This document shows, piece after piece, positions 42,561-54,329 of a DNA stretch of 64,000 nt. Below the pieces are notes generated by a model. That model did no database searches and was not told the origin of the DNA. It saw only the letters and a list, made by a program, of their open reading frames with translations. The DNA lies in assembly GCF_964204645.1 (NCBI RefSeq), contig NC_134026.1, forward strand, positions 2,565,950 to 2,629,949, in the 5' to 3' direction. The position numbers were made by a program, and so were the translations under genes. Source of the stretch: Tubulanus polymorphus. Its lineage: Eukaryota; Animalia; Nemertea. The stretch's first letter is position 1; every line of letters begins with the position of its first letter.

Positions 42561-44791
42561 TACTATAAACCCCTACCTCTGCGGATACTCGCTCATTCGT
42601 TATTTATCATTTTATGGAGAGCGGTTCACGTGAATAATGATGAAAAATTTCAATTCTCATTATTTTCTAGAAGCTCGGGCCCCGGTGGGGTTTCAGCCCG
42701 AATCGCAAATTGAAAACGGGCCCGAATTGAAATAATCAGTCGTCGTCTACGGAAAATATGAATACAGTCATCGCTGTAGTCGGTCTCTCTCTCGCAGGGC
42801 ATTAGACCCTATTGCGAACTATACGACGCCGTGACACGTTGAAAATTTCCCAGCAGATTTCTGGCTCGGAAATGGTTGATCAGAGACGAGAGTTCGACGA
42901 TGTAGCGGCGATATTAACCAGCGATCGTTAGTTATTTTCCCCGGAGATGTAATAATAACCGCGTAACTCGGCAAACAATAATCAGATATCGCAATTAGTA
43001 ATATCATTAAACATTAGTTATAGTTGTGTTATTGGTTCTGTACATCTTCAATATCGCGTATACCATCCATTCATGTAGATCTGTATCCTACGTGCGAATA
43101 CCAAACTTTCCACATACATTGTATAGGCCTATATTAAAACTAACATGTTTTACTACGATGTTTGTCACTAGAAAATGATGATTCATCATTCACGGAACTG
43201 GTATCATTGCGGCTACCTCTCGTCCGTCCGTTCATCAATCACTGAAGTATCCATTGACAAACTGGCCTTTAGATACTGATGAAATGATATACTACTTGTG
43301 TGTGTTACTAGATTCTGTCGTCCTCATAATTGATAGCATCCCTCGTGTGAACACTCAATGTAGCGCCTCAGTTTTCTCAATGATTATGAAAACAGTTTAA
43401 TAGGAAGTATAAGGTGTGATCGGTGGTGCTGTGAAGAATTCTTCCGTTGACTGCGTGGTTGTAAGTTGTACTCAGTTTCCTGATTTCAGCGATTAATGCC
43501 TCGTACCCAGTTTGTACCGCTTCATTTTACATTCGTGGAAATCACTTAATAATTGCTAAAATGCGGGTCCCCTGACCATCCGTGGTTTCACCTAAACCGC
43601 TAATGATACTTATCTATAATACATTAGTATATTTGATGAGGTTTTGACCAGTGTTTTTCGTGTTAATCTAACGTTATGATGATGATTATGATAGCCGTAT
43701 AAGTGCTGGTAATGGCTATAAATTGCGCGCCAAAATGTGTTCTTAATGCGCGGAATTTAGTTACGGCCCTCTCTCTATTTGCTTATACTCTCTCTATTCG
43801 CTAAACTCGGGCCTGGCCCCTCATTTTTGGTCAGGCCCAATTTGGCCTGGGCCAAACAGGCACGGTCTATTGGGCACTCCTGTAAGCGACTGTTCCCGAC
43901 CTAATCTGGCCCAGGCCAAAAATGCCCATCAGTCCATTCTGACGTCGTCTATTTCAATCTATAATTGAATCATAATCATGCGTTTTGCTCAGATGAGTTT
44001 ATGAGTTTATCTCGCTCACGTTTATCTCGGTAAATACGCTTCAACGAATATTCATCTGACACATGAGATCGAAATTCAGATATCACGTCGTTTTTTTTTT
44101 TATACGCGGTGATTGTTGTGTCATTGCGCGGCGTGTCCTAGTCAGTTCGGTATCCCCACAACATCATCATCAACAATAATCAGTGTTAGAGACCGTCGTC
44201 GAACAGTCTGATTATCGTAACTGTTTTGTATTACTGCCACATAACCCCCCTCACTGCTACTCAGCATCGTGCAGTTATGTTATGTGTTTTATTTGGTCAT
44301 TAACCCGATACTTTCATCAAACCAAATGGGTATATCTGATTCATTTACTGTTGACCATAGGAAGTTTGGCTTCATAAAACGACACTTAATCCGCGTAGAA
44401 TCGAGAGCCACTTGTTGATTGAGTTAATCTCATATTTCCAGCGTTGAACAGTCCCCACTCAATATTCACTGTATATGAAGGTTATACACGAGGGCAAATC
44501 TGGAGTGTCTATTGCAGGAAGAATTGACAATTTTTCAAATATTTTCATCAATAATGATCTTCTTGAAAAACTGGTTTAAAACAAGCTTAAAACTGAGTGA
44601 AGTCGTCTCGCAATTGTTTGGTCAATCGACTCGCTGAGCAATGCAACTGGTTACAACTGGTCGCAAATGGGCTCATAGGTCAACTGAGATGCGTGTCGTG
44701 ATACTGTACGACTAGTCTCAGTGTCTGTTGTGACTGGGAAAGCTGGTTGCGTTGTAGAAAGAAGAAGAACATGTGCGACTTATTGTGACTG

Positions 44792-45077
44792 GCATGATAA
44801 CCACTGATCAGACACATCATCCGTGTTATAACGATGGGCCTAATCTATAGAAGATCCAACAATGATAATGAAAAAATAATATACGTACAATCCAAAAATA
44901 TTTGCTTGAGTTTCTTCATTTATTGGATGTTTCGACTATAAATTCTAATAGTCATCTTCAGGAATACTGATTAGTATTCCTGGAGAATATAGTCAAACAT
45001 TGAATGAATAAAGAGCTCAAGGAAACATTTTCAGACTTAAGTTATTTTTTCGTTATTATTGTGGGATCCTCTATAGA
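44792..45077. mobile_element. Penelope-like inverted terminal-repeat insertion with hammerhead motif
   Basis: 12-bp TSD TTATTGTGACTG (44780-44791, 45078-45089); imperfect inverted repeat centred on GGAATACTGATTAGTATTCC; minus-strand CTGAAGA-T-GACTAT..ATAGTC-GAAA-CATC at 44926-44961. Confidence 0.7.
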
Positions 45078-48000
45078 TTATTGTGACTGACAGGGCTGTC
45101 ATTTGCGAGGCGTCACTGTCAGGCACAGGGTGTCTCTGTTGATGGACCTTTGCGACATGATTGTCACTGGCGGTCGCAGAGAATGGCGTTGCAACGAGTT
45201 GCTAGCAGTCGCAAGGCCGACCTATGCCTGACCTAAAACCTGAACTTGCCTTGATTCAATATTTCTATCTTCTCAAAACTAGTTTCTCATCGACACATCG
45301 TGTTCGGAGTAGTCTTGGAGTAATCATTTGAAATGATTACTCCAAGGTGTAGTTAATCCGATGAGGAGGACATTCAGTCAGGTGTATGCGATGGTCGTAT
45401 TAATTCGATGCTGTAGAATTAACCCAGATTACACTAGATACGATCAGAGTCGGTGTCAATCAGTATGAATATCGGATTGATTAGTCTCACTCACTCCTGA
45501 AGGATATTGCTTCATCCGGAATGTATTGAAATTTTTCGCAGGTTTTTTCCGTCGTTGGAACAGGTTTATGAATGAACCGTGAGTGTTATACCGTGTACCA
45601 TCGGTATTAATGTCACTATAGGGATACAAACCTCTTTACTGTATAACTGTGTGATTAAAGTTGCATTACTTGTTAATTGCTCGTGATTATGGTCGCGATG
45701 TAAATGGCTGAATTCGAGTCATTCGCCTCTTTTTAATGAGCGAATTAGTGATTATACTAGAATTGAAAGTGCATTAGTGATAATCTAGGGATTAACCGCT
45801 TGTTAATGGATTTGGTCATAAAGATTTCATTTATTTGGATTATTTTCATTCATAAAATTCAAGACCCGAAGCCCGTTTTAAGGAACAAATCGATACAATA
45901 CGGATGAAAGTTAAAGGAAAGCCACTATATGAAATATGCCCTTGATGTTATAGAACACTGGCCCATAGCCTGGAATTTGCTAGGGAAGTTAAGGGTATAT
46001 CCCTAGTAGAATCAAAAAAACATTTTGAAAATAAGAAAATAGTTCCATAATTCTTTCAATCCTAACAATAGCCCTTCCGAGTCTTGAACCTGGTACCTAT
46101 GTTCACTAGTGAGCTGTAGTGAATCAAAATGTTGTGAATTACAAATGCATCTCAAATCTAAATAGAATCTTACACAACTTCAGTGCGAGAATTGAACGTT
46201 TTTCTATTATACCCGATTGGTTAATATGGTCCCTCGAATACAACTATAACGTTTAGAGTTATCTTGTTTTTCTCATGCGGTTGGCTGAATATTGGAATCA
46301 GCCTACACATCTATTGATGGATGGCCGTGGTGGTGCGGTGAGATGAGTTCTCTAGCATCGCCGGTCGAATATATCTCAGCTACAACGACGATGAGAAGAG
46401 GAGGACGGCCTCTGATCCGAGTACTATTGTCAGTAATATCCATCAGTTTTGTCACGATGCTATGATTATTTCCCCGGCAGTGGAACCACGTTAGAATGAT
46501 GATTAGCGCGGCGAAAATAAATATAATCATCGAAACTTATAACCTTCATTAACGAATGAAAGAATGAATGAAGGAATGAAAATAGGAATGAAGGAATGAA
46601 TTTATTTCTCAAATATATAAACGTATGTATAAATACTTGATGATTAATTACATATTATTTGTAATTTACATATTTGAGGAGGACACGTGGAGCCCTAAGA
46701 GCTGTACGTGGAAGGAGGATGCCCTTCTATATAGAAAGTTACAATATTGCTTGTATAATGTGATAATATAACATTTTCAATTGTGACAGAGAAAAGTAAC
46801 GATGAGGATTGTTAGAACAAAATTGATCATTTGATCTCTGAAAAGTCTAATATCTATGGTATCATGAGATCTATCTTTGCCTTTTAGGTTTCATATTTCT
46901 CCAGACCTGAGCGTATTGTTTTAAATTGATGTGTTTTTGATATCGAAGCGTTAAGTGAATTACGTTTCTTATGTTGCCGCTCTGTGGGTTAGAAAGAGAC
47001 AATATCATCTTTCGCCTGAGCTAAAACTGACAACCTTTGTCTTCACATTCTGACTCACTGACATTATCTCGTTACGAATAAAACCTTTTTGTCATAATTC
47101 TCAAACCGTAGGAAAATGAAACTGTTTTCTTCCATCTAGATAATCAGAGTACAGATGTCCCCATGGAAACAATCATTTGAGAGTGTGCATGTGTCTGTTC
47201 CGGTGTTTTTCCAGTGTTGTTTCTTCTGAAAGTATCGTGAAAACGAATGCGATAAAAGTAAAATTTTCAGCAGTTGATACATGAGAAAAAAGAACCGCAG
47301 CTTTTTGTATATGACACATAATCATTCATTCCCTAATGATGTGTTCAGGTATAGAGACGCTCGCTCTCTCCGAGTATATTACCTTTTCATTAAATTCGCC
47401 CAAGTTTACATAAGACATTTGAATACTCTCGCTCTCTCTCGGTCGGTCGTGACAAATGAGACAGATTTGTCTCGGCGTTCGTTTTCTGTCTAAATCTGTG
47501 CGTTATTTTGAAAAATTGCTGCCAATTCTGTTATGAAGCGTCAATAGCCGGAGACCACGCGCAGTTATAACAATTTCCACGGTAACATATTCGGCGCATT
47601 AGTTTTCGCTGTTGGTATACGTCGCTAATAACTACGTTCTAATGTTCGTCGATGTTGTATGTATTTCGTCGGAACATGGATAAATCAAAAGCCATTTTGT
47701 CATCAGCGGACGCCGATTTGTATTTTGTTGGAATCGCAGTCAGCACGAGGCCGTAAACTTTATCATCTCTTCCGAGCAATTTTCTCCGAATTTGCATTTC
47801 TAAAACTGCCATTAGTGAAATAATGAAATGGTGCCGTGAGTGAAATGTATACCGATGGGGGCTACTGTTCACAGAACTCTTCACTTGATTTTTCATGTTT
47901 TTGACAAATGAAATTACAGTAATCTGGCTGATTAATTTCAACGGGGAATGTGCAGTTCTTTTTTCTCTTCAAACTCTCGGATACAGAGAGGTCGACCCGG

Positions 48001-48878
48001 AATAACAAAACAATCATTACATCCGTCTAAACAAGCCAACAGTAAAATAGTCTTCAGACGCTGAATCAGAATTTGTAATTTATCATGGGCCCAATTAATT
48101 CATTAACAGATGAACGAAATGAATTTTGCGCGGGGTGATTCACTGAAAATGCATCACGAAAGTTCATGATTTTCAATGCAAAGATGAATTTGTAATTTTC
48201 CCATGATGATTCCGTTTAAGAAATGAACTCGTAATTGTCAGTCTTGATAGGAGACAGGATTTTATCAAAATCTCAAGCATTCACACTGGCCTGGTCGGAC
48301 GTGTTTGGTTAGGCTGGGTCCGTGTCCGGGTTGAATTGCTCGAGCGATCACCGGTTATTTCTTGCATGTTTATCGGTAGGTGTTGATGTTACTCAGCCTC
48401 TATATCTCCTCTATACGGGTGTCTTTAGTTTAAGAAGGCTTCAATGTCTGCGACGATGACTGCAAAGCTTTACATCCGTTGAAATCTAATCCCTCGTATT
48501 GATTAAACCAATTAAGTTAAATTTCCTAGGGATGATGCGGATGTTTGTCGTATTTGTTGTAGCTCGTGGATTGATGTTTTCGTGAGGCGCGCGCGCGCGC
48601 AGCGAAACGCGTAATTAAAGTTTTACCTGATGAAATTCTAAATGAGTCGTCCCGGGGCAATTGACTGAGAACCCTCGCAGCGAATTAAACACCAATCTGT
48701 TAAATAATCAACTACGCGCCATTAGACGAAGCTTGCGTAATATATCGCTGTAAAATTATCTACGTCGTTGAACTTCGATGATTTTTTGCGTCTTAAAATT
48801 AGGCACTTACGGGTTTGCTGCACCTGCGGGCACGAAAATCATTCCTAGTCACGAGTTCTGACGCAGTTGAAACGCAAA

Positions 48879-49324
48879 AGCCCAAGGCACACGACGCATG
48901 GAAACAGGGAACAGAAAGATGTTTCCCTGTGCCATGTGCCCCTAAGCCCAATGTACATGACATAGGGAAACTAACATGTTTGGATCTCAGAAAAGCTGTT
49001 TCCTAAACCCACATTTCTTGTTTCTTGTAAACACGCACGATACAGGGAAACACTCGGAAACATTTTCCGTCTCCTGTTTCCGTGTTTCCCTGCACGGAAT
49101 AATTAGACGCACGGAATCAACCATGTTTGATCTAGGAAACATCGTTACCAAAACTATGTTCTCGTACACGCACACGACACGATACAGGGAAACACTCGGA
49201 AACATGTTTCCGTCTCCTGTTTCCGTGTTTCCCTGCGTCGTATGCATTTGGCTTAATGAGGAATGAGAAAGTGTTTCTAGACAATGTTTGATTCCGTGTT
49301 TCTGTGTGTCGTGTGCGTGAGGCT
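48879..49324. mobile_element. Nested/compound Harbinger-like MITEs (family B)
   Basis: Outer ends AGCCCAAGGCACACGACGCA...TGTGTCGTGTGCGTGAGGCT. Inner ends AGCCCAATGTACATGACA (48945)...TGCGTCGTATGCATTTGGCT (49253). Internal direct repeat of about 55 bp at about 49039 and 49182. Confidence 0.6.
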
Positions 49325-49527
49325 TAAAGCACTTATCACGAAAAGTAATAAGTCTTCGTCGCCTTTGATACCGCGGTAAAAGACGGCGGATGTTGGTCAA
49401 AAGCGTTTTGCGAAATGAAAAGGTGTGAATCAATGTTGCAGGACTGCCACACCTTATCCATATAATTCAATATCAATGGTCACTGTTACTATACTAGACA
49501 AAAACTACTATCAATATCATACCACGT

Positions 49528-49962
<435 letters not shown>

Positions 49963-50578
49963 GGTAGATGGTTTTTGATCGATGTTCAGTTCGTCAGCGA
50001 TGGTAAACTCATAATCGAACGATGATATGATCAGTGTTCGTCGTGCGATCAAATATCCGATTAGAAAAATTCGCCATCGTTTCGATAAACGAGCGAGAAG
50101 AGAACACATGAATTGATTAATTTCATTATGATATGAAACCCGGATACGATTTCGATGATTTGATGATCCATTCAACAAACGAGAAAATCGTTCGTAATGG
50201 CTCTCGTGTAATTTACCACTGAATTCAACGTACGAACTAAAATTGATGGAATTACGTTGCCAAATTTACCGGGTTAGTAGAAACGACGGATGATTGGCAT
50301 CTCTCTTCCGAGTCTTGTGTGTTCATTCGCTTCAGGGAAATCGCTACCGTTTTTTGCTATGAGTTATTACTGAAATTTTCTCTCTATTTTAAGCAGATTG
50401 TTCGTGTGTCGCTGAAGGCTCTGCCGGAAATGTGTCGCTAAAAAGCGACGATGCCTTAAGTCGGGACTGAGGTTGAATCTGGACAAAATACCTGGATAGA
50501 TAAGTTCCAGCAGTGGACAGAAGTTTAGCGGTGATCACACGGATGATTTGGCCCAGGTGAAACTTATGGCCGTATCTA

Positions 50579-50866
50579 AGCCGCGATCACACGATGAAGA
50601 TTTGGCGCGGGCCAAATTGGCACGGCTTAGGCTCGAGTCAAATTTGGCCCGTGCCTAATTAGAGAGCGCGTTCAGATGTAAACCATTGACTCGATACTAA
50701 ACAATGCTTAAACGAAGCGAAGTCAGTCATTTCCGGTACCAGTTGCATTTCAAATGCAATCATTTGTCTGGTGCTAAAATTTGACTCGGGCCCATTTGGC
50801 ACCGGTGTGAACAGTTATTCTGGGCCAAATTTGGCGCGGGCCAAAAATGCTTGTTTGACTACGGCT
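50579..50866. mobile_element. Harbinger-like MITE family A, most complete copy
   Basis: Ends AGCCGCGATCACACGA...TTGTTTGACTACGGCT. Internal GGGCCAAATTTGGC repeats are shared with 7 other partial copies between 42.3 and 58.7 kb. Confidence 0.65.
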
Positions 50867-51328
50867 ATAGGAACTGGATCAGGGCTCTAAGGGTTGATAT
50901 GTTCGGCGCGTATATGTTGTCGCTGTTGCTGATTTACTGTCTCCTCCGGAGGAGACGCTCGTGTTATAGATCAAAGATTGATCGCGGCTCGGTCCATGAA
51001 TTGTGGTTATTAGCCGTGTCCCGAAACCTCATGGATGGACAAACTCTGAAACAGCATGCATAAAATTTTCCAATACACCCTCCAATACTGGCTAGTATTA
51101 ATCAAATGTGATGTATAGGGACATAAGTAGGTAGGGAACGTACTCGTCGCGTCGGTGGCAAGCGGCGTGTCGGTCATTAACTACTGAGACATACAAAAAA
51201 TCTACTGTCCAATCGTAGATATCGGGATTTCTACTGCATTAACAAAATTTGGATTGATGAGCCTTGTCAGATGTTACTCTGTGTTGCAATAAGGCAGCAG
51301 CACGTCAAGTGCTCGATTGCTACGTGTC

Positions 51329-51490
51329 ATGATCGTCGTGATCGTCGTGATCGTCGTGATCGTGAAACTGTGATTATAGCTGCCACGTTCATGCTATGTT
51401 ATTTAGAACGGTTTGAATATGCCGTTCCAAGTGTTCACGCTTGCGACAAGTCTGTTCCAAGTGTTCACGCTTGCGACAAGTCTGTTCCAA
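51329..51490. repeat. Short tandem repeats: (GATCGTCGT) about x4 and a 30-bp unit x2
   Basis: GATCGTCGT array at 51331-51365; GTTCCAAGTGTTCACGCTTGCGACAAGTCT twice at 51424-51483. Confidence 0.9.
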
Positions 51491-52209
51491 ATTTTCCCAT
51501 TCTAGTTTAGAGCTGACCAATTCAGCCTGTTCCAGGTACAGAACGGTCTAACTCTACTGATAGCGCGAACGTGCCTTGCGAGAAATGTGGAAGTGTGTCT
51601 TTTGTCTTACAGAATCCCAGCTCTTTCGATTCTTGACAGATTTCTGTGTCTTTTAATGCTAATCGAAGTCGTCCAATTCCAGCTATGTTCGATGCGTGAA
51701 GAAAAACGGTTAAAAGCTGCCACACAGCTGGGCGACAAGCCGAGTTTATCCTTTCTTAAGCTGCCTGTCAATCATGGCTGCTTTCGTTCAAATAGCATTT
51801 CCTCTAATGGTAAAACGTATAATCCAGTTATTGCTTTACTTTCATGAAAAATCAAACTCGATTTAAGCCGGATTGCTATTGGTTACGTCGTAGATACTGT
51901 GAAAGCCTGTTTACTGTTTTAATTTTGCGTGGGGAATTTAATTAAACACCGTTTCTAAAACGCTAGTTGATATTAGAATACTTGCCGGCAGATAGAAAAA
52001 AATAAAAAATACGTAGATGAAATCCAAAACTTGGCTGATATTTAATTCCAGGGGCCGCACCTGATGAGGATTGGCTTTAACGAAACATTTCTGTTGAAAA
52101 ACATTTTTATATTTTTCCCTCCTATTACAGTTTTATATACACTAGTGGAGTTAATGACATAAGGATTAGAAGTTAAAAAGAAGTCCTATCCCTATAAACA
52201 TAGAAATCA

Positions 52210-52295
52210 TTTTGGTTTCACCGATGATGGAGTTTAGTCAAAGCTCAGAAACTGTCAGAAAATAAATAATTGAATCATCAACTGTGGGATTTTAC
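52210..52295 (+). mobile_element. Penelope-like terminal-repeat remnant with degenerate hammerhead motif
   Basis: TTTCA-CCGATGA-TGGAGTTT..AAAGCTCA-GAAA-CTGTC-AGAAA, then AATAAA and a TGTGGGATT tail. Confidence 0.45.
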
Positions 52296-54104
52296 TTATA
52301 AATAGCAATCTTTTTTTCTGATGCTTTATTTCTAAACGATGTATCTCTTTTTGAACCGAACGATTCTCGAATCGGCGGCACAGATTTAAGATTTATGATT
52401 CTGTGTCTCTTCTCGATTATATCGTATTTTTTTTTTGCTTAAACTCGAAACTTATATTTTATCGTTTTTCAGGGATGATTCTCTGTGTGTCTGGTTATAA
52501 CGGCAATAATTGCGGCGTTTAATGACAAGAAAATTATTTGTTTTAGTCTCTCGTCTCATGGGAGAATCATGATGGATAATTCTATTACGCTGTTATATGA
52601 ATCCTCACTGATGCTATTACACACATTTTCACATGAATTATATGAAAAATTTCCATTCTGTTTTTACCTATTTTTCCCATTCACGAAGTCTGCTGAATAT
52701 AGTTTAAAAACTGTATTGCACCAAATCACTAGCTGACCATGATCATATGCTTCAAATACTTAAAGCCACGAGCTCACGAGTGTACCCACAGTTCACACTG
52801 GTGCTAAATGGGCCATGCCTATCTGACCCGTATCAAATGTCAGATCAGGACTGCCAAATTTTAGCACGGTCAAATCATTGCCAAATCATTGCCTGTGGGT
52901 TCAGAAGTGGCTCATCTCGCTTTATCGAGGTCACAACGTTGTCTAGTATCCAGTGAGTTACAAACGTGTAAAACCAACCCAACTAGATTGTCGTAAGCAC
53001 ATCGGTAGTGCACATGTGACTGATGATTGCCGATTTGTTTGTCTCACCTATGAGCAATCATGTTGAGATGATTGCTCGAAGGTCTCACATTCTTAAGAAC
53101 ATTCGACTGAATCAGTCGCCATTTTGAACGCTCACGAAGTCATGTGACGCAATACTAGTCGCTGATTGGCTACGATGTTAAGATCAGTCGTAGGAAATAG
53201 AACTTCTATCCTTACAATCCATTTTGGTCTTAAGTCAACTCATGTCGAAAATGTTCCCGATTAGGAAATCGCAGAGTCTGATTGGATCTTAATCGACCTG
53301 AGCTTGGCTTATACACGCTCTATAATCAGGCATGGGCCAAATTTGACTTTGGTCTGATTCGGGCCATTAAGACCTGGGCCAAATTGCCTCTGTATGATCT
53401 TGTTGGTTTCATTGTCTTGCTTATCGACACGGGAATAGTGCTGTTCATTTGTCATAATATTTAGTCAAATCTTACCAGTAATCGGAGGATATTTGTTCAA
53501 GTTTGTCGGAAATAATGTAAATATAATTGCGGATATTCAACTGGAAATCCCAAATCTCTACGCGATGGATAAAGTGTGTATTCGGATACAAAATTAATAA
53601 GAATAGAACCGAAGATGAATCCCTAGATAACTAGTGCGGCCAATAGTTCACCGAGCGAGCGGTGACCCTGGATATCTGTAAATTATTCGAAATAAAACTT
53701 GTTTTCAATCTGTACCCGGGGAGTTTACATTCTGTATATCGATGAATTAATCATAACTTCTTCTTATATTAGAGTCGTATGTTAAAACTCTGTTGAACTG
53801 TTTTTCTCAGTTTCCCGTGGCCGAGTAATTGAACCAGTCAGTATTTTATCGAATAGATTTGTCTGATTTCCAGATGTTCAATAGGCCCTATCACAGGTTA
53901 ATTTACCTTCTGTCTATTGAGATTTATGTTTTGTCGGGTATACCGCCGCTGTACCTCCACCGCAGTCGGCTAGTAGATGTTATTTCTAGCGATGGAATTT
54001 TTTCTCATCAGTTCAGGTATGCGGAGTTATTAGAAATTAGGAGTAATGTTGTTATTGGACTTAATGTATTGAAAGTTAGGAAGAAGTGTATGTTGAGTCG
54101 ATTC

Positions 54105-54329
54105 TTTTGTCAGATTGAGAGTAGGTAGGTTTTGTCAGATTGAGAGTAGGTAGGTTTTGTTAGATTGAGAGTAGGTAGGTTTTGTCAGATTGAGAGTAGG
54201 TAGGTTTTGTTAGATTGAGAGTAGGTAGGTTTTGTCAGATCGAGAGTAGGTAGGTTTTGTCAGATTGAGAGTAGGTAGGTTTTGTCAGATTGAGAGTAGG
54301 TAGGTTTTGTCAGAATGAGAGTAGGTAGG
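54105..54329. repeat. 25-bp minisatellite, about 9 copies
   Basis: Unit GTAGGTAGGTTTTGT(C/T)AGATTGAGA repeated with period 25. Confidence 0.97.

Noticed and set aside
51522-51790. Possible RTE/LINE endonuclease remnant on the minus strand
   Set aside because: Only a vague resemblance; catalytic motifs are not recognisable.
52055-52095. CTGATGA...GAAA hammerhead-like spacing
   Set aside because: No convincing stem II or stem I pairing.
54105-54329. CRISPR-like periodicity
   Set aside because: Head-to-tail units with no unique spacers, eukaryotic context and no cas genes.
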